Part shown: positions 8,614 to 16,840 of the stretch, piece by piece | Position numbering within the stretch: the stretch's first letter is position 1 | How the letters are laid out: every line of letters starts with the position of its first letter | IMG/VR virus record: IMGVR_UViG_3300030380_006483 | Reading direction: 5' to 3' (one strand) | Source: a virus | DNA: 64,000 nt | Made by a program: the position numbers and the translations under genes | Notes under the pieces: generated by a model | The model's database searches: none | The model's input: the letters and a program-made list of their open reading frames with translations, nothing else | Told to the model about the DNA's origin: nothing

Positions 8614-9400
8614 TAATCCTTGGGAAAAATACAAATTTGAAGAAGAAGATACTTCTAATGATACTTCAAATCCAAAAGATTCTATAAATACCCTTAATTG
8701 GGAAACAGATAATATATCTGAAACAGATAATAATAATACTCTAAACACAGAAGATTCTGTAAATGCCCCTGATTGGAGAACAGATAATACATCTGAAATA
8801 GATTTAGAAACTGAAAATGATTTTGATAATTTTTCAACTGAACTCGAAAACCCAGATGAAGAAAATAATAATTTTGACGTTAACACTCCTGAAAATTTTG
8901 AAAAGAAATATTCTTTTTTAGGAGCAGTAACTAGAATAAAGGTAGATACCTTACAATATAAACTTGATTATGATAATGAAAAAGCAACTGCAGAAACACA
9001 TAATACCCCTTTAACCCCTTTAGACCAGGATGGAAAATTTAAATTAAACTTAAATGAAAATACCCCTGAATTAAATAATATTGTTTCTGGTATTAAAGAG
9101 ATAGCATTTGATATGGGGTTAAATATAAATCATGCTTATTTTTATAAGAATTTTCCTAAAGAATCTACAATAAATGTATCTAGAACAAATAATAGCCGAT
9201 TTGATTTTATATATTTTTTAAGAGCAGATAAAGATAAGGGTAACCTAATTTTAGATCTTTCAAGTATTAATGGCCCTTCTGTACAAGCATTCCAATCATC
9301 AGCAGGTATTTTAGTATTAATTCCAAGTTGGGTTTCTTATAGTATAACAAGAAATAAATCAAATGATGATTTCATAGCTATAGGTGGTAAGCTTTCTTAA
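8600..9400 (+). CDS. Acidic N-terminal region plus degenerate TIGR02466-like oxygenase fold
   Basis: C-terminus FIYFL...LVLIPSWVSYSIT...FIAIGGK parallels its neighbours, but the His ligands are missing. Confidence 0.55.
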   Translation: MENINNPWEKYKFEEEDTSNDTSNPKDSINTLNWETDNISETDNNNTLNTEDSVNAPDWRTDNTSEIDLETENDFDNFSTELENPDEENNNFDVNTPENFEKKYSFLGAVTRIKVDTLQYKLDYDNEKATAETHNTPLTPLDQDGKFKLNLNENTPELNNIVSGIKEIAFDMGLNINHAYFYKNFPKESTINVSRTNNSRFDFIYFLRADKDKGNLILDLSSINGPSVQAFQSSAGILVLIPSWVSYSITRNKSNDDFIAIGGKLS

Positions 9401-10059
9401 TGAATATAAATGAACCTTTATATAGAGCTTTAAGTAGAGACTTTGGTTATTTAACATTTATTACTCCTTTGGAAGTACAAGAGGAAATTAATAACTTACT
9501 TGAAGAAATTAATCCTCAAACAAATGGTAAAGGACCTATATGGAGTTATGCTCATATTGAAAATCAATGGATTAAACCTATTCCTAAAATATTTAAACAA
9601 TTTATTCTTGATTTATCTTCAAATTTTAACTATCAGGATAATTTATTAAATAATGGTTATTTAGAAGATTACTATAGAACATTTAAAAAAAACCTACCTG
9701 ATGTAGTTGTAGATGAAAATATATGGTTTAATTTTCAAAAAAAGAATGAATATATAGCTCCTCACAATCATGATGGTATTTTACATTATATAATATTTCA
9801 CAAAATTCCATATACATTAGAAGATGAACAATTAGATAGTCCTCTTCTATCAGAATCCCAATATACAAACTCTAATGGAAATTTTTACTTTATACAACCC
9901 GGTTCTAGAAATGTACATTTTCAATGCCTTGATATAGATAAAAAATGGGAAAACATTATAATTTTATTTCCATCAAATCTTACTCATATGACTTTTCCAT
10001 TCTATAGTAGTGATGAGTATAAAATAACAGTAAATGGATCTATACACTTTAGAATTTAA
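9400..10059 (+). CDS. 2OG-Fe(II) oxygenase, TIGR02466-like
   Basis: WFNFQKKNEYIAPHNHDG...FPSNLTHMTFPF. Confidence 0.85.
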   Translation: MNINEPLYRALSRDFGYLTFITPLEVQEEINNLLEEINPQTNGKGPIWSYAHIENQWIKPIPKIFKQFILDLSSNFNYQDNLLNNGYLEDYYRTFKKNLPDVVVDENIWFNFQKKNEYIAPHNHDGILHYIIFHKIPYTLEDEQLDSPLLSESQYTNSNGNFYFIQPGSRNVHFQCLDIDKKWENIIILFPSNLTHMTFPFYSSDEYKITVNGSIHFRI

Positions 10060-10070
10060 ACTTTTTAACT

Positions 10071-10286
10071 ATGCAACAAATTATTGAAATTAAAAAAAAT
10101 AAAACAAATTATGTACAAATAGAACTTCGTGAATACGAAGGCCACGAATATGTAGATGTGAGGGAATTTTATGATGCTGAAGATGGGAAGCGTTTACCTA
10201 CTAAAAAAGGTATAACATTTTCACCCAGAGTATTAGAAGAAGTTATAGATGGTTTAACTATGTTAAAAGATCAAATTAATGGATGA
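10071..10286 (+). CDS. PC4/p15-like ssDNA-binding protein
   Basis: YVDVREFY...PTKKGITF signature. Confidence 0.85.
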   Translation: MQQIIEIKKNKTNYVQIELREYEGHEYVDVREFYDAEDGKRLPTKKGITFSPRVLEEVIDGLTMLKDQING

Positions 10287-10524
10287 TCATAGAATGAGGT
10301 TCGTAGATTATTTATGGGCTGCTTTTATTTTTATGTTAGCAATGCTAGCTGCCTCATGTGTTAGTGAGGAAAACCAAACAGTATGTTTAGAGGTATATTG
10401 GCCAGTCTGTGCTGAAGGAGAAATGTATCATAATGAATGTTATGCTTACAAGGCGGGATACGAAAATGATGAATTAACAGAGCCAGTATGTGAGTTAAAT
10501 ACTGCACAATGTAAGTGTGACTAA
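10279..10524 (+). CDS. Lipoprotein with Kazal-like domain
   Basis: Lipobox LAAS-C, then CLEVYWPVCAEGEMYHNECYA. Confidence 0.7.
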   Translation: MDDHRMRFVDYLWAAFIFMLAMLAASCVSEENQTVCLEVYWPVCAEGEMYHNECYAYKAGYENDELTEPVCELNTAQCKCD

Positions 10525-11062
10525 GATAATTAATTTATTTGGTGGACCAGGTATTGGTAAATCTAGTATTGCTGCTGGTTTAACTTATAAACTAAAGAAA
10601 AAACATATAAGTTGTAATAACCCATATGAATTTCCTAAAACAGTAGCTTGGGATAATAATATATCAGCAATTAAAGATCAATTGTTTATATTTGCTAACC
10701 AACATAGAGGAATAGCACAAGCGTATGGAAAAGTAGATTATATTATAGTTGATTCACCTATATTATTTTCTATTATGTATAATACTTGGTATACAAAAGG
10801 ATACCCAGCAGAACGATACAATGAATCATTTAATAATATGGTTGTAGATTTATTTAATAGCTATGACAATATAAACATACTATTAAAACGAAATAATAAT
10901 ACACACAATAATGATGAAAGATTTCAGGATTTAGATGAATCACTTAAATTAGATAAACACATTAAAAATACATTAAATGAACATAATGTAGAGTATAATA
11001 AAATAAAAGTAAATAAAAAAACGGTTAATAAAATTTTAGATATAATATGGGAGCAAAAGTAA
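10517..11062 (+). CDS. NadR/AAA_28-like P-loop kinase
   Basis: N-terminal GGPGIGKS; IIVDSP. Confidence 0.8.
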   Translation: MTKIINLFGGPGIGKSSIAAGLTYKLKKKHISCNNPYEFPKTVAWDNNISAIKDQLFIFANQHRGIAQAYGKVDYIIVDSPILFSIMYNTWYTKGYPAERYNESFNNMVVDLFNSYDNINILLKRNNNTHNNDERFQDLDESLKLDKHIKNTLNEHNVEYNKIKVNKKTVNKILDIIWEQK

Positions 11063-11244
11063 AACCATCAGTTAAAGAATATACAAGAGATGCTAGAGGT
11101 AAAAGAACTAATAAATGGGTATGGAAACATTATAATGTAGAAAGTATCTCAACTAAAGAATTAAAGGAATTCTATACAAGTCCTAGTTACAAACGTAAAA
11201 AGGAGGCGATTAGATTAGAGTTAGTAAAAAGAAATGCTATATGA
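11047..11244 (+). CDS. Small basic hypothetical protein
   Basis: 65-aa ORF coupled to its neighbours. Confidence 0.7.
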   Translation: MGAKVKPSVKEYTRDARGKRTNKWVWKHYNVESISTKELKEFYTSPSYKRKKEAIRLELVKRNAI

Positions 11245-11546
11245 TAAACCATCTAAAACAATATATTGGTTGGTATGTAATGGTACCTTCAATATATTTA
11301 GCTTTAATTGGAGAGTCGGAAATATGGCTTGTTATCTTTGTTGTACTTCTTAAAATGCCACCATTCGATCTAGTAGGTAGATATGAGGATTGGCTATCAA
11401 GAAAGATGAAAGTACAAGAAAGGGGAGAAAAATTAAAGGCTAATATGGCTAAAAGACCTAAATGGCAAAGATGGCTATATGGTTTATTTGTTATTATATT
11501 AGTTATTTTATGGGTGTTATTTGCACCCGAATGTGAATTATGTTAA
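11241..11546 (+). CDS. Hypothetical membrane protein
   Basis: Two to three hydrophobic segments. Confidence 0.7.
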   Translation: MINHLKQYIGWYVMVPSIYLALIGESEIWLVIFVVLLKMPPFDLVGRYEDWLSRKMKVQERGEKLKANMAKRPKWQRWLYGLFVIILVILWVLFAPECELC

Positions 11547-11563
11547 ATTTAAAATAAATAAAA

Positions 11564-11764
11564 ATGAGTTATTGGCAAGTTACAATTCAATTTGAAAGAG
11601 AAAACGATAGAGGTAGAATACAAAAAGTAAGAGAAGTATACCTAGTGGATGCAATGTCGGGGACAGAAGCAGAAGCAAAAACATATAAGGCATTAGAGGA
11701 TACAGTAGGTAATTTTAAAATTACTTCATTAGTTGAATCTAAAATAATTAAGGTTATAGCATAA
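11564..11764 (+). CDS. DUF4494-like protein (Bacteroidota family)
   Basis: YLVDAMSGTEAEAK resembles the family motif YLVDAxSFTEAEAR. Confidence 0.7.
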   Translation: MSYWQVTIQFERENDRGRIQKVREVYLVDAMSGTEAEAKTYKALEDTVGNFKITSLVESKIIKVIA

Positions 11765-12334
11765 ATGGAAGGTATAAAAGTTATAGATAATTGTATTCCA
11801 CTTAAAATACAAAATTATATTGAAAATTTAGTATTATCTAGTAATACTAAATATTCATTCAATAACTTAACTAATTATTTTATTGCTAATAACTCAAAAT
11901 ACCAGGATGGTAGTCAACTAATTAATAAGTTTATAGAAGATGGTAAATTTATTGTAGAAGATGTATCTCATTATTTTCTTATACCATTACAAATACTTTG
12001 TTTACAAGAAGGTATATTTTTTAATTTACAAGATGTTGTAAGAGCTAAAGTTAATTTAAAATTTAAACAAGAAGCTAAAGAAAATACCTTTATAAACCCA
12101 CCTCATATAGATACTAATTTATCAAACAGTTTAATAGGAATATATTATATAAATGATTCAGATGGAGATACTATTATATATGAAGGTAATAATATAAACA
12201 ATTTAAAACCTATACAAAAAATAAACCCTAAAAAAGGTAGAATGATATTAATGGATGGGTCAACATGGCACTCTGCATCCCATCCACTTAAAACAGAAAC
12301 AAGAATGGTTATTAATTATAATATAATATTATAA
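11765..12334 (+). CDS. 2OG-Fe(II) oxygenase
   Basis: PHID, YYINDSDGDT, WHSASHP; paralog of 18473..19084. Confidence 0.85.
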   Translation: MEGIKVIDNCIPLKIQNYIENLVLSSNTKYSFNNLTNYFIANNSKYQDGSQLINKFIEDGKFIVEDVSHYFLIPLQILCLQEGIFFNLQDVVRAKVNLKFKQEAKENTFINPPHIDTNLSNSLIGIYYINDSDGDTIIYEGNNINNLKPIQKINPKKGRMILMDGSTWHSASHPLKTETRMVINYNIIL

Positions 12335-12351
12335 TAGATAAAAGTAAAAAA

Positions 12352-12930
12352 ATGATAATAAATAGGCACCATTTAAGATCACCAGTTGATATAATAGAAA
12401 CTAAATTAGGAATACCCCAAAATTACAAACAAGAGTGTATTGATAAAATCTATAAAATAGGTGATTCCCAGAATCAAGGTACTAATGTTAAAGCTATTAT
12501 GTCTAGTTGGTTTTTATGGAAAGAAACTGATATAATTCATCCTTTGTTAAACAGAATAATGGATGTTATTTTAGTAAGTAGTAAAGATAGAGAAAATTTA
12601 ACATTATCCGAGACATGGTCTGCTATTTATAAAAAAAATCATTATACTATTTCCCATTCTCATGTCCCAAGCTATATATCTTTTGTATATTATTTACAAT
12701 CCAGTGGTAATACACCTTTAGTTTTTGATAATATGGAATTTTCTCTTAAACCTATAGATGATACATTAATAATATTCCCTGGTTATTTAAATCATAGTGT
12801 CCCTTCCCATAATGATGAAAAAGATAGAATATGTGTAGCTGGAAATATTGGATGGAAGAAAATATTAAATCAAGAGCAGTTAACAGAATATAATGAAAAT
12901 ATTTATCCTTATAATTTTAATAATAAATAA
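12352..12930 (+). CDS. 2OG-Fe(II) oxygenase, TIGR02466-like
   Basis: HSHVP...FPGYLNHSVP...RICVAGN. Confidence 0.85.
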   Translation: MIINRHHLRSPVDIIETKLGIPQNYKQECIDKIYKIGDSQNQGTNVKAIMSSWFLWKETDIIHPLLNRIMDVILVSSKDRENLTLSETWSAIYKKNHYTISHSHVPSYISFVYYLQSSGNTPLVFDNMEFSLKPIDDTLIIFPGYLNHSVPSHNDEKDRICVAGNIGWKKILNQEQLTEYNENIYPYNFNNK

Positions 12931-13604
12931 TGGAATATAGAATTTTAAAACCAGGATACGTCCCTATATTAAGTCAAGGTTTAGGTTATTATTTAGATAA
13001 AGTACCAATAAATGTACTTAATGAATTAAAATTACAGATAGATAATTTAAAACATGATTTTAGTTTAGGAGAAAAATATAATGATAGGTTAGCAGGAGAA
13101 ATAGAACATGAGTATGGTTTACAGGTTAAACCAAATCTAACAAATTATATTAAAGATTTAAGCTTCCGTTTAGAAGAAAATAGTGGGTGGATGGAAAGCA
13201 CCTGGAAGGAGGAACTAGCAAATAGATCATCTCACTTACCAAATGTACCAACTTTAAATTTGAGCCAATTATGGGTTAATTTTCAAAAAAAATATGAATA
13301 TAATCCTATGCATAACCATTCAGGACTTTTTTCATTTGTTATATGGTATAAAGTTCCATATCTTTTAAGTGATGAACGATCTCAATATGGGTATAAATCA
13401 GATCAAGAAACAATTAATCACGGGCAATTTTATTTTGTATTTAACCATCCAATTTCAGGAGTAACTCTACATAGTCTCCCAATAGATAAAAATTCCGAAG
13501 GTATGGTAGCTATATTCCCTTCAAAATTACATCATTGTGTTAATCCATTTTATACTAGTGATGAATATAGAATTAGTGTATCGGGAAATGTATTATTATC
13601 TTAA
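12930..13604 (+). CDS. 2OG-Fe(II) oxygenase, TIGR02466-like
   Basis: WVNFQKKYEYNPMHNHSG...FPSKLHHCVNPF...RISVSGN; paralog of 9400..10059. Confidence 0.85.
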   Translation: MEYRILKPGYVPILSQGLGYYLDKVPINVLNELKLQIDNLKHDFSLGEKYNDRLAGEIEHEYGLQVKPNLTNYIKDLSFRLEENSGWMESTWKEELANRSSHLPNVPTLNLSQLWVNFQKKYEYNPMHNHSGLFSFVIWYKVPYLLSDERSQYGYKSDQETINHGQFYFVFNHPISGVTLHSLPIDKNSEGMVAIFPSKLHHCVNPFYTSDEYRISVSGNVLLS

Positions 13605-13608
13605 ATAA

Positions 13609-14178
13609 ATGTTGATAGAGGAAATATATCATACTAAAGCACCAATTAAAATATGGAGCACACCCTTAGGTGTTCCTAAAGAGTATAGGGATGAATTAGT
13701 TAAAGCAACTTATAAACAAAAACAAAATGCACCTCGTACGGATGCCTTTTACGATGTATTTAATGAGGAAAATGGTAGAGTAATAGCTACATCCCCAAAC
13801 GCATGGGAAGATATACCTTTATATAATGAATTATTAAATGGCATTCAAACAAAATTCCAAGAAATAATATATAAAGATAAAGATTGGGGCGGTGGAATAA
13901 TAAACTATCAAATAACATCGGCATGGTCCGGCTTATATGAGGAAGGACAAATAGCAAAACCACACCATCATATACCATCATATTTCTCATTTTGTTACTA
14001 CATGAAAGCCGAGGCGCCTTATACACCAATGGTGTTTGATGAAGTTAATATTTCAATTAATGCTGTAACAGATAGAATAATATTTTTTCCATCTTGGGTT
14101 TCTCATAGTGTACCACCTGTTAAAGCGGAACGTATTTTTATATCGGGAAATATGGTAGGTACTTCAATGCAACAATAA
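13609..14178 (+). CDS. 2OG-Fe(II) oxygenase, TIGR02466-like
   Basis: PHHHIP...FPSWVSHSVP...RIFISGN. Confidence 0.85.
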   Translation: MLIEEIYHTKAPIKIWSTPLGVPKEYRDELVKATYKQKQNAPRTDAFYDVFNEENGRVIATSPNAWEDIPLYNELLNGIQTKFQEIIYKDKDWGGGIINYQITSAWSGLYEEGQIAKPHHHIPSYFSFCYYMKAEAPYTPMVFDEVNISINAVTDRIIFFPSWVSHSVPPVKAERIFISGNMVGTSMQQ

Positions 14179-14198
14179 TCAAATTAAAAATAAGTTAA

Positions 14199-14402
14199 AT
14201 GAAAAAAATAATAGGTTACGTTTGGGAATATACTTGGATGTTTGTATTACTAGGTTTTCTATGGCATAAAGGCGATGGAGAAAATAGGGAAGAAGATCTC
14301 GCACGGTTATATAAAGCGGGAGATCAAATCGAAATAAACAACGAAATTAAGTATAAAACAAAATTAAATAATAAATCCAGCGACGATAAACATTACGAAT
14401 AG
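14199..14402 (+). CDS. Small hypothetical protein with hydrophobic N-terminus
   Basis: 67-aa ORF ending in TAG; the frame stays open for 21 more codons. Confidence 0.6.
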   Translation: MKKIIGYVWEYTWMFVLLGFLWHKGDGENREEDLARLYKAGDQIEINNEIKYKTKLNNKSSDDKHYE

Positions 14403-14464
14403 GACTCAGAAAAAGTTTTATATGAATGTGTCATTGGTGACTACATATATACAAGGCAATTAAT

Positions 14465-14590
14465 ATGATAGATGTACTTAACATATGGCTTAAAATAATT
14501 GGTATAGTGATACTATGGGAAGTGTGGAAATACTTTGCGTGGGAGGCAATTAACTGGTGGATAGAAAGGCAAGTAAATAGGCGTAAATAG
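14465..14590 (+). CDS. Small Trp-rich membrane peptide (41 aa)
   Basis: Manual translation MIDVLNIWLKIIGIVILWEVWKYFAWEAINWW... Confidence 0.55.
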   Translation: MIDVLNIWLKIIGIVILWEVWKYFAWEAINWWIERQVNRRK

Positions 14591-14732
14591 CTGGGTATAA
14601 TTATAACCCTTACACGCGAGTGCTTGCGATATAACGCACGGCCTCATCCCCAAGTTACATCTCCACCTTACCCTATTTATCGCATTGTTACAACGCGTAA
14701 ACGCATTATATAAGCACATACATATATCAAAT

Positions 14733-14769
14733 AATGTGGACCTCCACCTTAAAATGTGGACCTCCACAT
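14733..14769. repeat. Tandem AATGTGGACCTCCAC direct repeat (20-bp period), each an internal palindrome
   Basis: Copies at 14733-14747 and 14753-14767; GTGGA-CC-TCCAC is an inverted repeat. Confidence 0.85.
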
Positions 14770-14900
14770 CGTTATATTATCTAAACTAACGTATTATATT
14801 AAGTGGGCAAATCGCGTGGTATACTCATGTTCATTGACGCAACCAAATCTCGTTACGAACAAAAGTATATACGCTTGTTCATAAAGTAATGTGCGTTTTA

Positions 14901-14932
14901 TTTGGAGTAGCGAGGTAATGTTCGTATATTTA
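14901..14932 (+). promoter_or_regulatory. -33/-7 promoter
   Basis: tttgg 14901-14905, cgtatattta 14923-14932. Confidence 0.75.
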
Positions 14933-14955
14933 CGGTGAAATTAAAAGTAAAGGTT

Positions 14956-15213
14956 ATGATTAAATATTCAGAATTACAAGAATTAAGTTTAGAAGAATTG
15001 CAAACGTTGAAAGGGCAAGTAAATGCCTTAATTCAAGGTAAACAAGTTATCGAGTTAGGTAAAATTAAAGTTGGAGACAAAGTAATGGTTAACCACAAGA
15101 AGGCAGGTGGAGAGTATACGGTAGTGAAAATGAATAGAAAAACGTATACACTGGAGAACATGTTCGGCCGAGTAAAATGTTCAATCGGGTTAATCAGTCC
15201 TATAGCAGCGTAA
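14956..15213 (+). CDS. Hypothetical protein, possible SH3/KOW-like C-terminus
   Basis: Tracked ORF 14935..15213; ATG 14956 preferred. IKVGDKVMV...YTVVKMNRK is SH3-like. Confidence 0.7.
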   Translation: MIKYSELQELSLEELQTLKGQVNALIQGKQVIELGKIKVGDKVMVNHKKAGGEYTVVKMNRKTYTLENMFGRVKCSIGLISPIAA

Positions 15214-15223
15214 TTTAAGTAAT

Positions 15224-15370
15224 ATGTTTCCAGGATTCAAAATAGAAATAGTACACCCCTCAATGCAATGTTTAGTTGGGTTTCAGTACTTTCCAGCGGA
15301 TAATGAATCGCATTATGAAACATTTAAATTACATTTCCTATGGATCGTGTTAAGGTGGGATTGGGTATAA
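15224..15370 (+). CDS. Small hypothetical protein (48 aa)
   Basis: Manual translation MFPGFKIEIVHPSMQCLVGFQYFP... Confidence 0.6.
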   Translation: MFPGFKIEIVHPSMQCLVGFQYFPADNESHYETFKLHFLWIVLRWDWV

Positions 15371-15414
15371 CATATTTTCCGCTTCACTTCAAAATTATAT
15401 CCACCACGTAATCT

Positions 15415-15460
15415 CTTCCCGCCCAAGCCTTGGGTGGGGGGACGATCCTTTGTATATTTA
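15415..15460 (+). promoter_or_regulatory. GC-rich hairpin overlapping a -33/-7 promoter
   Basis: 12-bp stem 15415-15441 (with G-U pairs); TTGG 15430-15433, 19-nt spacer, TATATTTA 15453-15460. Confidence 0.65.
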
Positions 15461-15476
15461 GGACAAATAAAATGAT

Positions 15477-15713
15477 ATGGCAACATTAAAAGAAATATAT
15501 AACGAATTAGAAATGATAATGGAAGATATTGATGCATATGTAGAAGAAGCCGACAATGCTAATTTAGCCAGCGATGTCGCCGGAAATGTTAAAAACCCAT
15601 TAGATAAAATATTAAGCGCGCTAGATGGCATAATGGACGACGAGAGCGCAGGAGTGTATGAAAATGACGAGGATGAGGATATTTACGAAAGAGAGTATGA
15701 TTTGGATTGGTAG
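15477..15713 (+). CDS. Acidic hypothetical protein
   Basis: 78-aa D/E-rich helical ORF after the promoter. Confidence 0.75.
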   Translation: MATLKEIYNELEMIMEDIDAYVEEADNANLASDVAGNVKNPLDKILSALDGIMDDESAGVYENDEDEDIYEREYDLDW

Positions 15714-15854
15714 CGCCCCGATAGCGGCCCTATAGCGATCCGCTCCCACGCTAGCCGCGATCCATCGATGGGGCGTGGTTACCGTAAGAAAGGTTGGGTG
15801 ATTCATGGGTTTATAACGATCTTTACACATCGATGCGTATATACAAATATATAA

Positions 15855-16076
15855 ATGAGTAAAAAAAATATAGATTACGATGGGATGGACAATCAGGGTA
15901 GATTCACACCCGAGAGAGAATATTTTCATATAAAAGCATGGAAGACCGTTGATTGGATAATAAAAGGCATTGTATATATGTTTTTAGCAACAGGTAGTTT
16001 AGAAGATATAGAGATAATGGATGTAGTAGCACGAGTTATGTTACTAATTATAATCGTCCTACTTTTTATGTTATGA
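15855..16076 (+). CDS. Small membrane protein
   Basis: Two hydrophobic segments. Confidence 0.65.
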   Translation: MSKKNIDYDGMDNQGRFTPEREYFHIKAWKTVDWIIKGIVYMFLATGSLEDIEIMDVVARVMLLIIIVLLFML

Positions 16077-16192
16077 GTTGGGTAGAGAAAATATGGTATT
16101 GTAGTTGTGGGGCTATGAATGCAGGGTGGTTGGATAAATGTGGCAAGTGTAATAAAGAAAAATTAATCAATAAAAACAAAAATTATGAGTAA
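16073..16192 (+). CDS. Small zinc-ribbon protein (39 aa)
   Basis: Manual translation MSWVEKIWYCSCGAMNAGWLDKCGKCNK... (CxC and CxxC). Confidence 0.6.
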   Translation: MSWVEKIWYCSCGAMNAGWLDKCGKCNKEKLINKNKNYE

Positions 16193-16364
16193 ACACGAAA
16201 TATTTAATCAGATATTGGAGCAATTCAATATATTACAAGGCGAGAACAACGGTTCTACTAAAGCATCACAGCAGAGAGCGAGAAAGGCGGCGGGTGAGAT
16301 AAAGAAATTGATAACTCCGTATAGAAAAGCATCTATATCGGAAGCCGGGAAACCGAGACTATAA
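16185..16364 (+). CDS. Hc1-like (histone H1-like) small DNA-binding protein, Bacteroidota type (59 aa)
   Basis: Manual translation ...STKASQQRARKAAGEIKKLITPYRKASISEAG... resembles KAAGxRARKxxxExxKxxKxFRKxS. Confidence 0.7.
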   Translation: MSKHEIFNQILEQFNILQGENNGSTKASQQRARKAAGEIKKLITPYRKASISEAGKPRL

Positions 16365-16474
16365 TGAAAAAAAGGAAAAGTTTATTAGAATGGTTGCTCA
16401 TCGGTTATATTGTAATCGGGGCCGCCGTTCTATTAGCTCTTCTAGTATTAATCGTAAAGGGAGCATTAGCGTGA
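16364..16474 (+). CDS. Small single-TM peptide (36 aa)
   Basis: Manual translation MKKRKSLLEWLLIGYIVIGAAVLLALLVLIVKGALA. Confidence 0.55.
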   Translation: MKKRKSLLEWLLIGYIVIGAAVLLALLVLIVKGALA

Positions 16475-16532
16475 TGGGAGTCATTTAGCATTATCCCTGG
16501 CTTTATTATATATCCAGCATAAAAAATCAGTT

Positions 16533-16718
16533 ATGAACGAACAATCGTTATTTGAGTTATATTTATCAGGGAGCATTACACACGCTCAGTATATTGGTAA
16601 CTTAAAACAAATTAATGAAAAACATATTCAAGACCAAAGAAGCAAAACGTCGAATGGCGGCAGAACAAGTAAACAACAAGAAACTACCTCTTTGGAAGAG
16701 GATACTTGGTTTATTTAA
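16533..16718 (+). CDS. Hypothetical protein
   Basis: 61-aa ORF; an alternative overlapping frame starts at ATG 16615 (MKNIFKTKEAKRRM...). Confidence 0.45.
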   Translation: MNEQSLFELYLSGSITHAQYIGNLKQINEKHIQDQRSKTSNGGRTSKQQETTSLEEDTWFI

Positions 16719-16772
16719 ATTTGCGGTTACTGGTTTAGGTAAGCAAGATTAGTAGACACCCTCATCGGCAAA

Positions 16773-16840
16773 GAGTCTCCCGCGAGTCCCTTTAAACGGT
16801 TTTGAGTCAAAGGATCGAGTCTTTAAGAAGAGTCTTTAAA
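16773..16840. repeat. Cluster of five GAGTC pentamers
   Basis: GAGTC at 16773, 16784, 16804, 16817 and 16830; the last two share GAGTCTTTAA. Confidence 0.85.
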
